Positions 23,201 to 30,944 of a stretch of DNA of 64,000 nucleotides are shown piece after piece. The stretch lies in the IMG/VR virus record IMGVR_UViG_3300002835_015924, one strand, 5' to 3'. A program made the position numbers and the translations under genes. The number at the start of each line of letters is the position of its first letter. Positions within the stretch are counted from its first letter, which is position 1. The stretch comes from an uncultured virus (IMG/VR IMGVR_UViG_3300002835_015924). Its lineage: Duplodnaviria > Heunggongvirae > Uroviricota > Caudoviricetes. A model generated the notes under the pieces. The model had not been told where the DNA came from, did no database searches, and saw only the letters and a list, made by a program, of their open reading frames with translations.

Positions 23201-23620
23201 GCCTTTGTATTTAATGGTGTAGGATCTGTTGGTATTGGAACAAGTTCTCCTGAGTACGCTTTGCATGTTGTTGGAACTCTTGCAGCAACCATCAAATCGT
23301 TTATAATCGAGCATCCTACAGTTCCTGGCAAAAAACTACGATATGCTTCTCTTGAAGGCCCTGAAAACGGTGTTTATTTAAGAGGAAGAACTAATGAAAC
23401 AAAAATAATTTTACCTGAGTACTGGAGAGGTTTAGTGGATCATGATTCAATCACAGTGAATATTACACCAATAGGAACTTTTAGTAAGTTTTGTGTGGAA
23501 AAAATAGAGAATTACATAGTTTATGTTAAAAACAAAAATATATTTGCAAAAAATCAAGAATATTTCTATACCGTTTTCGGAGAAAGAAAAGATGTTGATA
23601 AATTGCAGGTAGAAATCTAA
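14216..23620 (+). CDS. Giant tail fibre/adhesin protein (3134 aa)
   Basis: VGIGTTxP..LHVxG repeats; NLNASNLxSGTVPSxVVSGxYSGITSVGxL repeats; 14-residue YadA-head-like NxAxGxxAL arrays; C-terminal KSFIIEHP..LEGPENGVYLRG domain. Confidence 0.85.
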   Translation: MSISTSKSILITPGSFSSSNNAISQIDLKWVESGVGTFVFRPNVNDLRSTIYNWQQNSEPVILFGGMGTVNGVRKFAGPYQDYTGTFSGITSFPQIQFFPLSGTIYANTLTLSGIASFNQIYSAGLSTFGSINLLGPLYDQTFNSGSVNQVLTSTVNGVAWSTPSTYGNISGLGITNYVSKFSNSTSLTTSNIIDNGSLVTVGIGMSVNGFTTVAGSFVSTGNAGIGTNINSNVRLVTRSADSTSATESFRAVDSSGTASLQINGAGFVGIGSLSAIYRLNVFHNTTNANIGAYQANLEVTQTAATARSILGGRFSVTGRINATSTNNIYGIYGVIGFSYASAGVTNSGEVAAGAFDARISNANHSGTNAMQMAVFGMYNASASATGLGTIQNAYGGRFIADYGFPANFTIQNSFGVRVQSTNSTSYPQNSFGFYEDLASAANAKNFFLNPVGIGTSSPTQNLHVQGNARLTGGLYDSTNSQGSLSQILSSTGSGIAWTSFNSSGIFTGTVAPNQVAIGSTGNRLQGFSTFIFDSTGLSIGTSIPEQRLTVSGNVKATGTVTANQFISTTFTDPPLVVNSQSLVTNLNSEYWKDQAYPLSTIGDLLYSSDNSGTAARLAPNTTTVIKVLTQVGDGVEASAPSWQPLPSSGFLQYFFTGLAATNAPQNYQLANDLPVGLGTTSINFTSGEALVAQFITDPGVPNLEFLPAGNLTAYVWGLQTISTTIAAVPTVQLRVDFYETTSLGTSIAKIASSNDSTELVPTAERYTLIGITTGTYNLASRSSRIQARVYAVHGLTGIATINVFYGNGYDSLVQIVAPGADVTNFVPYQGAVNNVDLGIKNLRAGAVGLYTGFSTVAPEQGQFIWNSTTQEVDLGLSDGYSVSVGFENALRVYNNTLNTIGVGSVVYVTGAAGNIPTVDLASASLFDSSTVVGVTNRFIAPASYGYIYTYGTIDYNTSSFVSGDNLFLSDTQAGILTSISPLAPSFSVLVGTVLNSGTSGSIVVLQNSINSLNESSRILFANSNKFPQGISTFVYSRGNVGIGTTAPTQNLHVQGNARLTGGLYDNANSPGSLGQILSSTGSGIAWTSVNTTGILTANGGISNRVTKFLDEDTLGNSNITDTGTLITLGSGVTVSGILTSFGYYGPGTFITNLNASNLASGTVPSSVVSGSYSGITSVGSLTQLNVTGITTSNIFVGNGSNITNLNASNLTSGIVNANRISGSYSGITSVGTLTQLNVAGITTSTSIRISNQLYDSNFSSGTQNQLLVSTGVGISWTSSQATGIITGTGAATRLAYFADANTLTSNSNFIIDSFGQFGISTTIPRNRLDVYATARFSGQVIFYGSTSNDAFGLTQQFDSTYQGTNNVLRFRQGGSTAGAVAFSFYDFLPNIFMTLDGSSLPRVGIGTTGPLQTLHVGGNALISGLTTSTGFFGPGTNITNLNASNLIFGTVPSVVVSGTYSGITSVGTLSQLNVSGITTSTVFVGNGSNITNLNASNLASGIVPSSTISGSYSGITSVGNLTQLNVTGITTLQNLELNGWLLDANNSSGSLGQILSSTGTGVAWTSVNTTGILTATGGISNRVSKFLDEDTLGNSNITDTGTLITLGSAVSVSGILTSFGFFGPGTNLTNLNASNLTSGTVPSAVVSGAYSGITSVGTLSQLNVSGTGSMTNLFVSGQFGVSTASVRGANIDLNNDVRISGALDLYGGIANTTQSLVFRYDSTYSGVTDVLRFRGTNVAANAYAFTIFDRPPNLWMTSVGALPRVGIGKTSPTTTLDVEGTITATGFSGPGTNLTNLNASNLASGTVPSAVVSGVYSGITSVGTLTQLNVSGITTVTNLQLSGWLRDSSSSIGSTGQILSSTGTGIAWTTVSSTGILTGNGIQNVVAKFNSSSSLTTSNISDNGIAVTVGSQIFVNGIGSFTGDITVNSITIGLGSGQITTNTVVGNSALTSNTTGSNNVSVGRLTLNSNVTGAQNVAIGAEALRYYTTVSNQVAIGYQALAGSATSSFNTGTQNTAIGHQAGLANTSGTDNTFIGYQAGVANTSGYQNSIFGSFAFAGNLTGFQNTAFGYLALRNNISGNTNVAVGRQSLYSNTSGGNNVAIGNNSMFWSVSGNNNTFVGGLSGFYQSGQSSQTAVGYNALAGNSDTTLNTGQLNTAFGFNAGAANTSGSFNVFVGYNAGVANTSGSSNSFFGYFAGSNNLTANNNTFVGSTAGTNTRSGSGNVAMGISALNQNTSGTHNVAIGRQSAYYSVTASDLVAVGNNALFYYTGSGSNTAVGSGALFGNATTALNTGTENTAVGQSAGLANTAGTQNVFVGHTAGNNNTTGSQNTYLGHSAGLSNITDNYQIAVGFGVSPVGSNRGAIGRNANASRTDIGIGTYAPLSRVHIETLAAGNMGLYIAGSASQTGDLVEINATTFGQNYFTITGVGSVGIYTNTPSQALDVNGNIRIRNGLLDSNNSLGINNQVLISTGTGIAWTTVSSTGILTGAGTVNTISKFNSPNSLTNSNITDNGIAVTVGSQIFVNGIGSFAGDITVNSITVGLGSGQITTNTVVGNSALTSNTTGSNNVSVGRLTLNSNVTGAQNVAIGAEALRYYSTVSNQVAVGYQALRGNTTSALNTGSQNVAVGYQAGLANSSGNFNTFVGHLTGTANTSGSSNSAFGRASLTANTTGDFNTAIGANALTANISGGANIAVGSGALGSNTSGSNNVSSGNNSLNSNTTGGQNVALGHEALRYYSTASNQTAIGYRALRGSTDTTVNTGTQNLAIGYQAGVANTSGSNNTYIGLQAGFGNTSGNNNTIIGSSSGPTLTSGGNNTLLGTFTDASSGGNYQIAIGQGVIPTGSNLGAWGGNTNATRTDLGVGTFTPLGRIHIETLTAGNMGLYIAGSASQTGDLVEVNATTYGQNYFTITGIGSVGIYTNTPSQALDVNGGTRLRGRLFDNNNTAGSLNQVLISTGSGIAWTTSTSTGIVTGTGSANQVTYWNSTNQITGSNAFVFNGVGSVGIGTSSPEYALHVVGTLAATIKSFIIEHPTVPGKKLRYASLEGPENGVYLRGRTNETKIILPEYWRGLVDHDSITVNITPIGTFSKFCVEKIENYIVYVKNKNIFAKNQEYFYTVFGERKDVDKLQVEI
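21564..21684 (+). repeat. 121-bp exact repeat, copy in fibre gene 1 (identical to 27224..27344)
   Basis: Base-by-base comparison; a third near-identical copy of the 5' part lies at about 25181..25320. Confidence 0.9.
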
Positions 23621-23775
23621 CTTTAGTTTTTTGTGATTTAGGTAGATAATGTAAGTTTTGTGTGTGTAATAAAATGCTGTTTTAAACTTGAATTTAATAA
23701 AATTTAGAAGTAACACAATTAGACTTTAATAGCAAGTTTCAAGGAAAAAGGCCTTAAAACTCACAATAATTAACT

Positions 23776-26700
23776 ATGCCAAAAGATGTTAGAATAATTC
23801 CGGCACAAGGCTCTATTGATTTTTCTTTGAGTCAAGGATTTGTCACATCTTTAATTCAGCTAACTGATACAGGCACACTCTCAATTGCTTCCACTGGCCC
23901 AATACAAATTGGTGCTTCAAATACTACTGCAATTCAAATTATCACTAACAACTTTGTTGGCATAAATACAACAGCTCCCACACAAAACTTACACGTTCAA
24001 GGAAATTTTAGACTTACTGGAGGATTATTTGATAGCACAAATTTACCAGGTACAACTAATCAAATTTTAGTTTCTACTGGCAATTCTGTAGTTTGGACAT
24101 CTGTTAATGTTACTGGAATTCTTACTGCTACTGGTGGTATTTCAAATCGTGTAACAAAGTTTCTTGACGAAGATACATTGGGCAATTCTAATATAACAGA
24201 TAATGGAGTGGCTGTAACAGTTGGGTCTCAGTTTTTTGTGAATGGGGTGGGATCGTTCACAGGAGATATTTTTGTCAATCGACTAACTGTTGGTTTAGGA
24301 AGTGGGCAAGTAATAACAAACAGCGCTTTTGGTGTCACGGCATTATCAGCAAATACTACAGGTACAACCAATGTGGCGGTTGGATATCAAGCAGGACTTG
24401 CCAATACTTCTGGAAGTAATAATATTGCTGTTGGCGCTTTAGCTTTGACTTCTAACAATACCGGTAACACAAATTCAGCTATTGGATATGCTGCTTTACA
24501 ACTGAATACTTCTGGTACAGATAATGTTGCTGTTGGAGCATTAGCTATGAATACAAACACCGTTTCTAGTAATAATGTTGCAGTAGGTAGAAACGCTTTA
24601 AGATACTATGACCAATTTTCACAAGTAGCAGTAGGATTTGAAGCTTTAAGGGGTAACACTACTGTAGCCTTAAACACTGGAACACAAAATACTGCGATTG
24701 GTTGGAGAGCTGGTTTAGCTAACTCATCTGGTTCAAATAATATTTTCTTGGGTTATTCTGCAGGTACAGCTAATACCTCTGGCACAAACAACACCTTTTT
24801 AGGAAGACTTGCTGGAACAGTAAACACAACAGGTAATCAAAACACATTTATAGGTGCTCAAAGCGGAGATGGCAACATTTCTGGAAACTCCAACACTTAT
24901 CTTGGCTATCTCACTGATGGTGCGTCAACAGGAAGCTATCAAATAGCGGTGGGCGACAGCGTTACTCCTACTGCATCAAATCTTGGAGCTTGGGGCGGTA
25001 ATTCCAATGTTACACGAACTGATTTGGGCGTAGGCACATTCACTCCACTTGGAAGAATCCATATTGAAACATTAGCTGCTGGGAATATGGGTCTTTATAT
25101 TGCAGGTTCTGCTTCTCAAACTGGAGATTTAGTAGAAGTAAATGCTACAACTTATGGCCAAAATTATTTCACTGTTAATGGTGTAGGCTCTGTTGGCATT
25201 TATACTAACACTCCTTCACAAGCACTAGATGTTAATGGCAATATAAGAATACGTAACGGCTTACTTGACAGTAATAATTCTTTAGGAACAAACAATCAAG
25301 TATTGATTTCTACGGGAACAGGTATTTCATGGACAGCAGCTACAGCTACAGGCATTCTCACTGGAAACGGTATCACTAATAATGTACCTAAATTTGGCTC
25401 CCCCACTTCATTAACCACTTCAAATATTACAGATAATGGAATTGCTGTTACAGTAAATTCAAGACTTAATGTGGTAGGAATTGGTTCGTTTACAAATGAT
25501 ATAATTGTTAATCAAATAACAGTGGGACTGGGAAGTAACAATGTTTTATCAAATGTAGCCTTAGGCTATCAAGCATTACTTGCAAATCCATCTTCTTCTA
25601 CATCAGTGGTAGCAATCGGCAACCAAGCAATGTCCAATGCTTCTGGCTCTTGGTTTGCATCAATAGCTATAGGAGATAGAGCTTTACAAAACAATCAGGG
25701 CTCAAGAAATGTGGCTATAGGTGTTCAGGCGTTAGCTGCTAATACTACAGGTGCTTCAAATATTGCTATTGGTTACCAAGCTCTGCAAGCAAACACTACT
25801 GACTCAGGAAACATAGCTATTGGAAACAGAGTAATGTGGCTTCTTACTGGAGGAAGTGGTGGAGCAAACATTGCTATTGGTGGTGCTCAAAATCTTACTA
25901 CAGCTGCCGAAATTACTGTAGTAGGAGCTTCTGCGGCTAATAATTATACATCGCAAGGTCAACATGTAGCAATTGGAGCTTATGCTTTAGGTGGTGTGTC
26001 AACAACCGCTGCAACAGGTACGCAAAACACTGCTGTTGGCTATGCTGCAATGACTGGAATTACAGGTGGTAGCTCAAACGTTGGATTGGGACACTTTGCG
26101 TTAAACGCTCTTACCTCAGGTAATAGCAATACTGGATTGGGTTATTTGGCTGCATCTTCAAATACCACAGGAGGTTTCAATGTTGCTGTAGGCAGAGAGG
26201 CTTTAAGATATTATGTGGCTGTGAGCAACCAAGTGGCAGTAGGCTATCAGGCTTTACAGGGTTCAGCCACTACCACATTCAATACAGGTACACAAAACGT
26301 AGCAGTGGGTTATCAAGCTGGACTTGTTAATTCTTCAGGAACGTCAAATACATTTGTTGGATATAGAGTAGGCCTTTCAAATACTTCAGGTAATAGTAAT
26401 TCTAGTTTTGGGTTTGAATCGTTACTATTGAACACTGTTGGCAATAGCAATAGTGCATTCGGCAATAATGCTTTATATTCTAACACTTCAGGTATAAATA
26501 ATTCCGCTTTAGGTTTAAGAGCATTATATTCAAATACAACAGGCAGTGAAAACACTGGTGTAGGTCTTTATGCACTCAATCAAAATACTATTGGCTTATA
26601 TAATGTTGCTGTGGGCAATTATGCTTTAGAAAAATATGTTACCCCTTCCAATAATACTGCTTTAGGATATGGGGCACTTACTGGTAACGCTTCTGTTCAG

Positions 26701-29700
26701 TTAAACACAGGCAGTAATAATGTAGCAGTGGGCACACTGGCAGGTTCTGCAAACACTTCAGGAAGCAATAATACTTTTGTTGGCAGATCTTCTGGGGTAG
26801 CAAACACATCTGGTTCAAACAATGCATTTCTTGGTTATTTAGCTGGTGATGGAATGCTTACTGGTTCCAACAATACTTTTGTTGGAGAAAGTTCAGATGG
26901 TGCTTCAGGAAGTAGCTATCAAATAGCCATGGGAAGAGCTGTAATTCCTACAGCATCTAATTTAGGAGCATGGGGCGGGAACACAAATTCCACTCGCACT
27001 GATTTAGGCATTGGCACCTTTACTCCTTTATCAAGATTGCACCTTGAAACATTAGCTGCTGGGAATATGGGTCTTTATATTGCAGGTTCTGCATCACAAA
27101 CAGGAGATTTAGTAGAGATTAATGCTACTACTTATGGTCAAAATTATTTTACTGTCAATGGTGTTGGCTCTGTTGGCATTTACACAAATACTCCATCACA
27201 AGCACTAGATGTTAATGGCAATGTAAGAATACGTAACGGTTTACTTGACAGCAATAATTCTTTAGGAATAAACAATCAAGTATTGATTTCTACGGGAACA
27301 GGGATAGCTTGGACAACTGTATCCTCAACAGGCATTCTCACTGGTAATGGGATACAAAATGTCGTAGCTAAATTTAATTCTTCTTCTTCATTAACCACTT
27401 CAAATATCACTGATAATGGTGTTGCTGTTACAGTGGGTTCACAAATTTTTGTTAATGGAGTAGGGTCTTTCACTGGAGATATTTATGTAAACAGCATGAC
27501 AGTGGGGCTTGGTAGTGGGCAAGTGGCTACAAATACAGCCGTAGGTTTTCAGGCATTATTAGGCGTTACCACTGGCGCTCAAGTAACCGCTGTAGGGTAT
27601 CGGGCAATGACAAGTAATACTACAGGTAGTTTTAATGCTGCCTTTGGTAATTCAGCACTCACATCAAATACTACAGGAAGCAATAATGTTTCTGTTGGAA
27701 GATTAACACTAAACTCTAACGTCACAGGTGCTCAAAATGTAGCCATTGGTGCTGAAGCTTTAAGATATTATTCTACCGTAAGTAATCAAGTGGCAATTGG
27801 ATATCAAGCTTTAGCTGGATCAGCCACTTCTACACTCAACACAGGTACACAAAACGTAGCAGTGGGTTATCAAGCTGGAATAGCAAATAGTTCTGGCTCT
27901 AGGAATGTGTTTGTTGGTTATCTAGCTGGTACAGCTAACACTTCTGGTAATAACAACAATTTTATCGGAAATGTAGCAGGGTTTAACAATCTCACAGGTG
28001 CCAACAACCAAGCTTTAGGCAGTGGAGCTTTAGCTTCTCTTCGTTCTGGAAACAACCATGTGGCAATTGGTAATGCCGCACTATTTTCTCTCACAGGTTC
28101 GATCGACAATATTGGTATCGGATTTCAGGCAGCCTATAGTGTAGTTTCTGGAGACGCAAATATTGCCATAGGAAGAAATGCCTTATTCTGGGCAACTTCA
28201 GCTTCTAACAATGTGGCTATAGGTTATCAAGCAATGTTTAATTTGAGTAATCCATCAAATCAAACTGCTATAGGACATCAAGCTTTACAAGGCTCTGCTA
28301 CCACTTCATTTAATACTGGCACACAAAACACGGCTGTTGGTTATCAAGCTGGTATTGCAAACTCATCTGGTTCAAGTAACGTTTTTGTAGGATATCAAGC
28401 TGGGTTTGCAAATACATCAGGCATTTATAATACTGTGGTTGGTTCTTTAGCACTAACTGCAAATACCACTGGTGGATACAATAATGCCTTTGGTTATCTA
28501 GCTCTAGCCGCCTCTACTTCTGCAGATTTTAACAATGCTTTTGGACAAGGCGCCTTACAAGCTAATACCACTGGTACATCTAATTCTGGATTTGGACACA
28601 ATGCTTTAGCGGGAAATACCACAGGTGGAAATAATGTAGCTATTGGTATTTTAGCTCTTGTTTCTAATACCACATCAAATAATAATGTGGCTATTGGCAG
28701 AAGTGCTCTTAGATATTATAATCAGGCGGCTCAAGTAGCGGTGGGTTATGAAGCGTTGACAGGAAATTCTACTGTTGCTTTCAACACAGGGACTCAAAAC
28801 ACTGCAATAGGTTTTCAAGCTGGTACAGCTAATACATCGGGTACAAGTAACGTTTTTGTTGGATATCAAGCTGGGCTTGCAAATACATCAGGTTCTGAAA
28901 ACGTTGCTCTTGGTGTGCAAGCCTTATTAGCTAACCTTTCAGGAACTGGAAACGTAGCACTTGGTCAGTTTACTTTAGCAGCAAATACAGCTGGTAGCAA
29001 TAGTACAGCTGTAGGACAATATGCTCTTCAGAATAATACTGCCGGAGGAAATAGCGCTTTTGGGGCTACAGCTTTAAGAGCTAACACTACAGGTTATGAA
29101 AATACAGCTATAGGTTATGTTGCGTTGGTATCTAATACCACTGGTTTCCAAAACTCAGCACTTGGATTACGTTCTCTGCAAAATAATACCACAGGTGGCG
29201 GAAATGTTGCCGTAGGGCGGGATGCTTTAAGGTACTATCAAACTTCTAATAATCAAACTGCTGTAGGAACCAACGCATTAGCTGGTAACACTACGGTAGC
29301 TCTAAACACTGGAACTCAAAATACAGCTCTTGGTGTTAATGCTGGTGTCGCAAACACATCAGGTTCCAACAATGCTTTTATGGGTTATCAAGCTGGTCTT
29401 GCAAATACCACTGGAAACCAAAATACATTTATTGGTGCTCAAAGTGGTGACGGAAACACTACTGGAAATTCTAATACTTACCTTGGGTATCTAACAGACG
29501 GTTCACCTACAGGTTCATATCAAATTGCTATAGGAGATTCAGTTACTTTATTGGCATCTAATCAAGGTGCCTGGGGCGGAAACACTAATTCAACACGTAC
29601 TAATTTAGGCGTTGGCACTTATGCTCCATTATCAAGAGTACACATTGAAACACTTGCCGCTGGAAATCAAGGTTTATACATAGCAGGTTCAGCTTCACAA

Positions 29701-30228
29701 ACTGCAAACTTACTTGAAATAGATGCAGCAACAAATGGCTCGCCATATTTAGTTGTAAATGGTGTAGGCTCTGTAGGTATATATACATCCACTCCTGCGG
29801 CTGCTTTACATTCTTTTGCTGCTGCTAGAATTGACAATGGACTGACTCTCAATGCCACTACAGCAGACACAAAAACCCAAAGAATTTTTGCTGGAGCTTC
29901 AATTTCCACTTCATCCACATCGTTTGTTACAATTGCATCATTGGCAATTCCAACAGGATTTACATTAAATTTAGAAGCTAAAATTAATGGTTGGGTATCC
30001 ACTGCTTTGAATGAATCAGGTAAAGCTTTTGGAGTTTTTTATAACAATGCTGGTACAGCAGTGCAAGTGGGAACTACAGATGTTGTTTCGAAATATCTAG
30101 GTGTAGGTGGAAACTTTGACATACAGACCTCTGGCGCAAATGTTAATATTGTCGTGAAATCAAATTCTGGCATTACAACATGGTTCTGGAAAACTCAATA
30201 CGATTATTTATTAACACAAAACTCATAG
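23776..30228 (+). CDS. Giant tail fibre/adhesin protein (2150 aa)
   Basis: Three YadA-head-like arrays, each closed by a GAWGGN..RTDLGxGT..PL.R.HIETLAAGN module also found in the flanking fibres. Confidence 0.85.
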   Translation: MPKDVRIIPAQGSIDFSLSQGFVTSLIQLTDTGTLSIASTGPIQIGASNTTAIQIITNNFVGINTTAPTQNLHVQGNFRLTGGLFDSTNLPGTTNQILVSTGNSVVWTSVNVTGILTATGGISNRVTKFLDEDTLGNSNITDNGVAVTVGSQFFVNGVGSFTGDIFVNRLTVGLGSGQVITNSAFGVTALSANTTGTTNVAVGYQAGLANTSGSNNIAVGALALTSNNTGNTNSAIGYAALQLNTSGTDNVAVGALAMNTNTVSSNNVAVGRNALRYYDQFSQVAVGFEALRGNTTVALNTGTQNTAIGWRAGLANSSGSNNIFLGYSAGTANTSGTNNTFLGRLAGTVNTTGNQNTFIGAQSGDGNISGNSNTYLGYLTDGASTGSYQIAVGDSVTPTASNLGAWGGNSNVTRTDLGVGTFTPLGRIHIETLAAGNMGLYIAGSASQTGDLVEVNATTYGQNYFTVNGVGSVGIYTNTPSQALDVNGNIRIRNGLLDSNNSLGTNNQVLISTGTGISWTAATATGILTGNGITNNVPKFGSPTSLTTSNITDNGIAVTVNSRLNVVGIGSFTNDIIVNQITVGLGSNNVLSNVALGYQALLANPSSSTSVVAIGNQAMSNASGSWFASIAIGDRALQNNQGSRNVAIGVQALAANTTGASNIAIGYQALQANTTDSGNIAIGNRVMWLLTGGSGGANIAIGGAQNLTTAAEITVVGASAANNYTSQGQHVAIGAYALGGVSTTAATGTQNTAVGYAAMTGITGGSSNVGLGHFALNALTSGNSNTGLGYLAASSNTTGGFNVAVGREALRYYVAVSNQVAVGYQALQGSATTTFNTGTQNVAVGYQAGLVNSSGTSNTFVGYRVGLSNTSGNSNSSFGFESLLLNTVGNSNSAFGNNALYSNTSGINNSALGLRALYSNTTGSENTGVGLYALNQNTIGLYNVAVGNYALEKYVTPSNNTALGYGALTGNASVQLNTGSNNVAVGTLAGSANTSGSNNTFVGRSSGVANTSGSNNAFLGYLAGDGMLTGSNNTFVGESSDGASGSSYQIAMGRAVIPTASNLGAWGGNTNSTRTDLGIGTFTPLSRLHLETLAAGNMGLYIAGSASQTGDLVEINATTYGQNYFTVNGVGSVGIYTNTPSQALDVNGNVRIRNGLLDSNNSLGINNQVLISTGTGIAWTTVSSTGILTGNGIQNVVAKFNSSSSLTTSNITDNGVAVTVGSQIFVNGVGSFTGDIYVNSMTVGLGSGQVATNTAVGFQALLGVTTGAQVTAVGYRAMTSNTTGSFNAAFGNSALTSNTTGSNNVSVGRLTLNSNVTGAQNVAIGAEALRYYSTVSNQVAIGYQALAGSATSTLNTGTQNVAVGYQAGIANSSGSRNVFVGYLAGTANTSGNNNNFIGNVAGFNNLTGANNQALGSGALASLRSGNNHVAIGNAALFSLTGSIDNIGIGFQAAYSVVSGDANIAIGRNALFWATSASNNVAIGYQAMFNLSNPSNQTAIGHQALQGSATTSFNTGTQNTAVGYQAGIANSSGSSNVFVGYQAGFANTSGIYNTVVGSLALTANTTGGYNNAFGYLALAASTSADFNNAFGQGALQANTTGTSNSGFGHNALAGNTTGGNNVAIGILALVSNTTSNNNVAIGRSALRYYNQAAQVAVGYEALTGNSTVAFNTGTQNTAIGFQAGTANTSGTSNVFVGYQAGLANTSGSENVALGVQALLANLSGTGNVALGQFTLAANTAGSNSTAVGQYALQNNTAGGNSAFGATALRANTTGYENTAIGYVALVSNTTGFQNSALGLRSLQNNTTGGGNVAVGRDALRYYQTSNNQTAVGTNALAGNTTVALNTGTQNTALGVNAGVANTSGSNNAFMGYQAGLANTTGNQNTFIGAQSGDGNTTGNSNTYLGYLTDGSPTGSYQIAIGDSVTLLASNQGAWGGNTNSTRTNLGVGTYAPLSRVHIETLAAGNQGLYIAGSASQTANLLEIDAATNGSPYLVVNGVGSVGIYTSTPAAALHSFAAARIDNGLTLNATTADTKTQRIFAGASISTSSTSFVTIASLAIPTGFTLNLEAKINGWVSTALNESGKAFGVFYNNAGTAVQVGTTDVVSKYLGVGGNFDIQTSGANVNIVVKSNSGITTWFWKTQYDYLLTQNS
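27224..27344 (+). repeat. 121-bp exact repeat, copy in fibre gene 2
   Basis: Identical to 21564..21684. Further exact patches: 27334..27389=19844..19899, 27646..27737=21884..21975, 27778..27827=20186..20235. Confidence 0.9.
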
Positions 30229-30236
30229 GAGAATTA

Positions 30237-30902
30237 ATGGCAGAAATTATAGGACAAAGTATAGTAACAAACGGATTAATTTGTTGTTTAGATGCAGGAA
30301 ATTTTTTTAGTTACAATGGCGCGGGGAACACTTGGGTTGATATTTCGGGATTTGGTGCTAGCGGAACAAGGATCGGAAACATATCTTTTGGCGTAGGAAG
30401 CTTTATCTTTCCAGCCAGTATTGGAACTAATTATTTTATTGGAGGGCCAAATACATATTTAGATTTTACTATGGCACTAAGGCCAGACTTTACTTTATCC
30501 AATGATGCAGGTTTAGTGGGTTTAATAGGCATTAGCAGCAATGTAGGTAACGCTGATAAAAGCTTGAGGTGCTCAGGAGCAAATGGTGTAGGCCCTTGGG
30601 TACTCCCAAATCCTGGTGATGCAAATGACTGGGCTAATTCAGCAACAACATACTATGTTAACGGAATAGCTACAAATATTATGGTTGATGGTTGGAATAT
30701 AATTGGGGGTTATAGAACAAATCAATCAGCAGGATTTACAACAAGTTTCACATATTATTTAGGTACTTGTGGCTACAATGCTGTACCAAATTATAGAGAA
30801 TTTAGGGGTCAAATGGGTGTAGTGCTTTTTTACAACAGACAGCTTTCTGCAGCTGAACAAATACAAAATTTCAATACATTGAGAAGAAGATTCGGCATTT
30901 AA
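30237..30902 (+). CDS. LamG/concanavalin-like virion lectin protein
   Basis: SIVTNGLICCLDAGN..SY.G.G.TW.DISG and FYNRQLSAAEQIQNFN..RFGI are typical of phage LamG-like proteins; SD aggag places the start at 30237. Confidence 0.75.
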   Translation: MAEIIGQSIVTNGLICCLDAGNFFSYNGAGNTWVDISGFGASGTRIGNISFGVGSFIFPASIGTNYFIGGPNTYLDFTMALRPDFTLSNDAGLVGLIGISSNVGNADKSLRCSGANGVGPWVLPNPGDANDWANSATTYYVNGIATNIMVDGWNIIGGYRTNQSAGFTTSFTYYLGTCGYNAVPNYREFRGQMGVVLFYNRQLSAAEQIQNFNTLRRRFGI

Positions 30903-30907
30903 TTTTC

Positions 30908-30932
30908 AGGAATTGACACTTAAATTCAGAAT
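30908..30932 (+). promoter_or_regulatory. Class II promoter-like motif AGG-N17-AGAAT
   Basis: Representative of nine AGG-N17-19-(A/T)RAAT-like elements upstream of virion genes. Confidence 0.5.
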
Positions 30933-30944
30933 TACAATATATAT

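Noticed and set aside
23447..23716. 89-aa minus-strand ORF at the end of fibre 1
   Set aside because: Overlaps the fibre C-terminal domain by 174 nt, is low-complexity and has no start signal.
19800..27830. Diversity-generating retroelement TR/VR pair in the fibre repeats
   Set aside because: Differences between copies are mostly synonymous and not adenine-specific, all copies are coding, and no reverse transcriptase is in the window.
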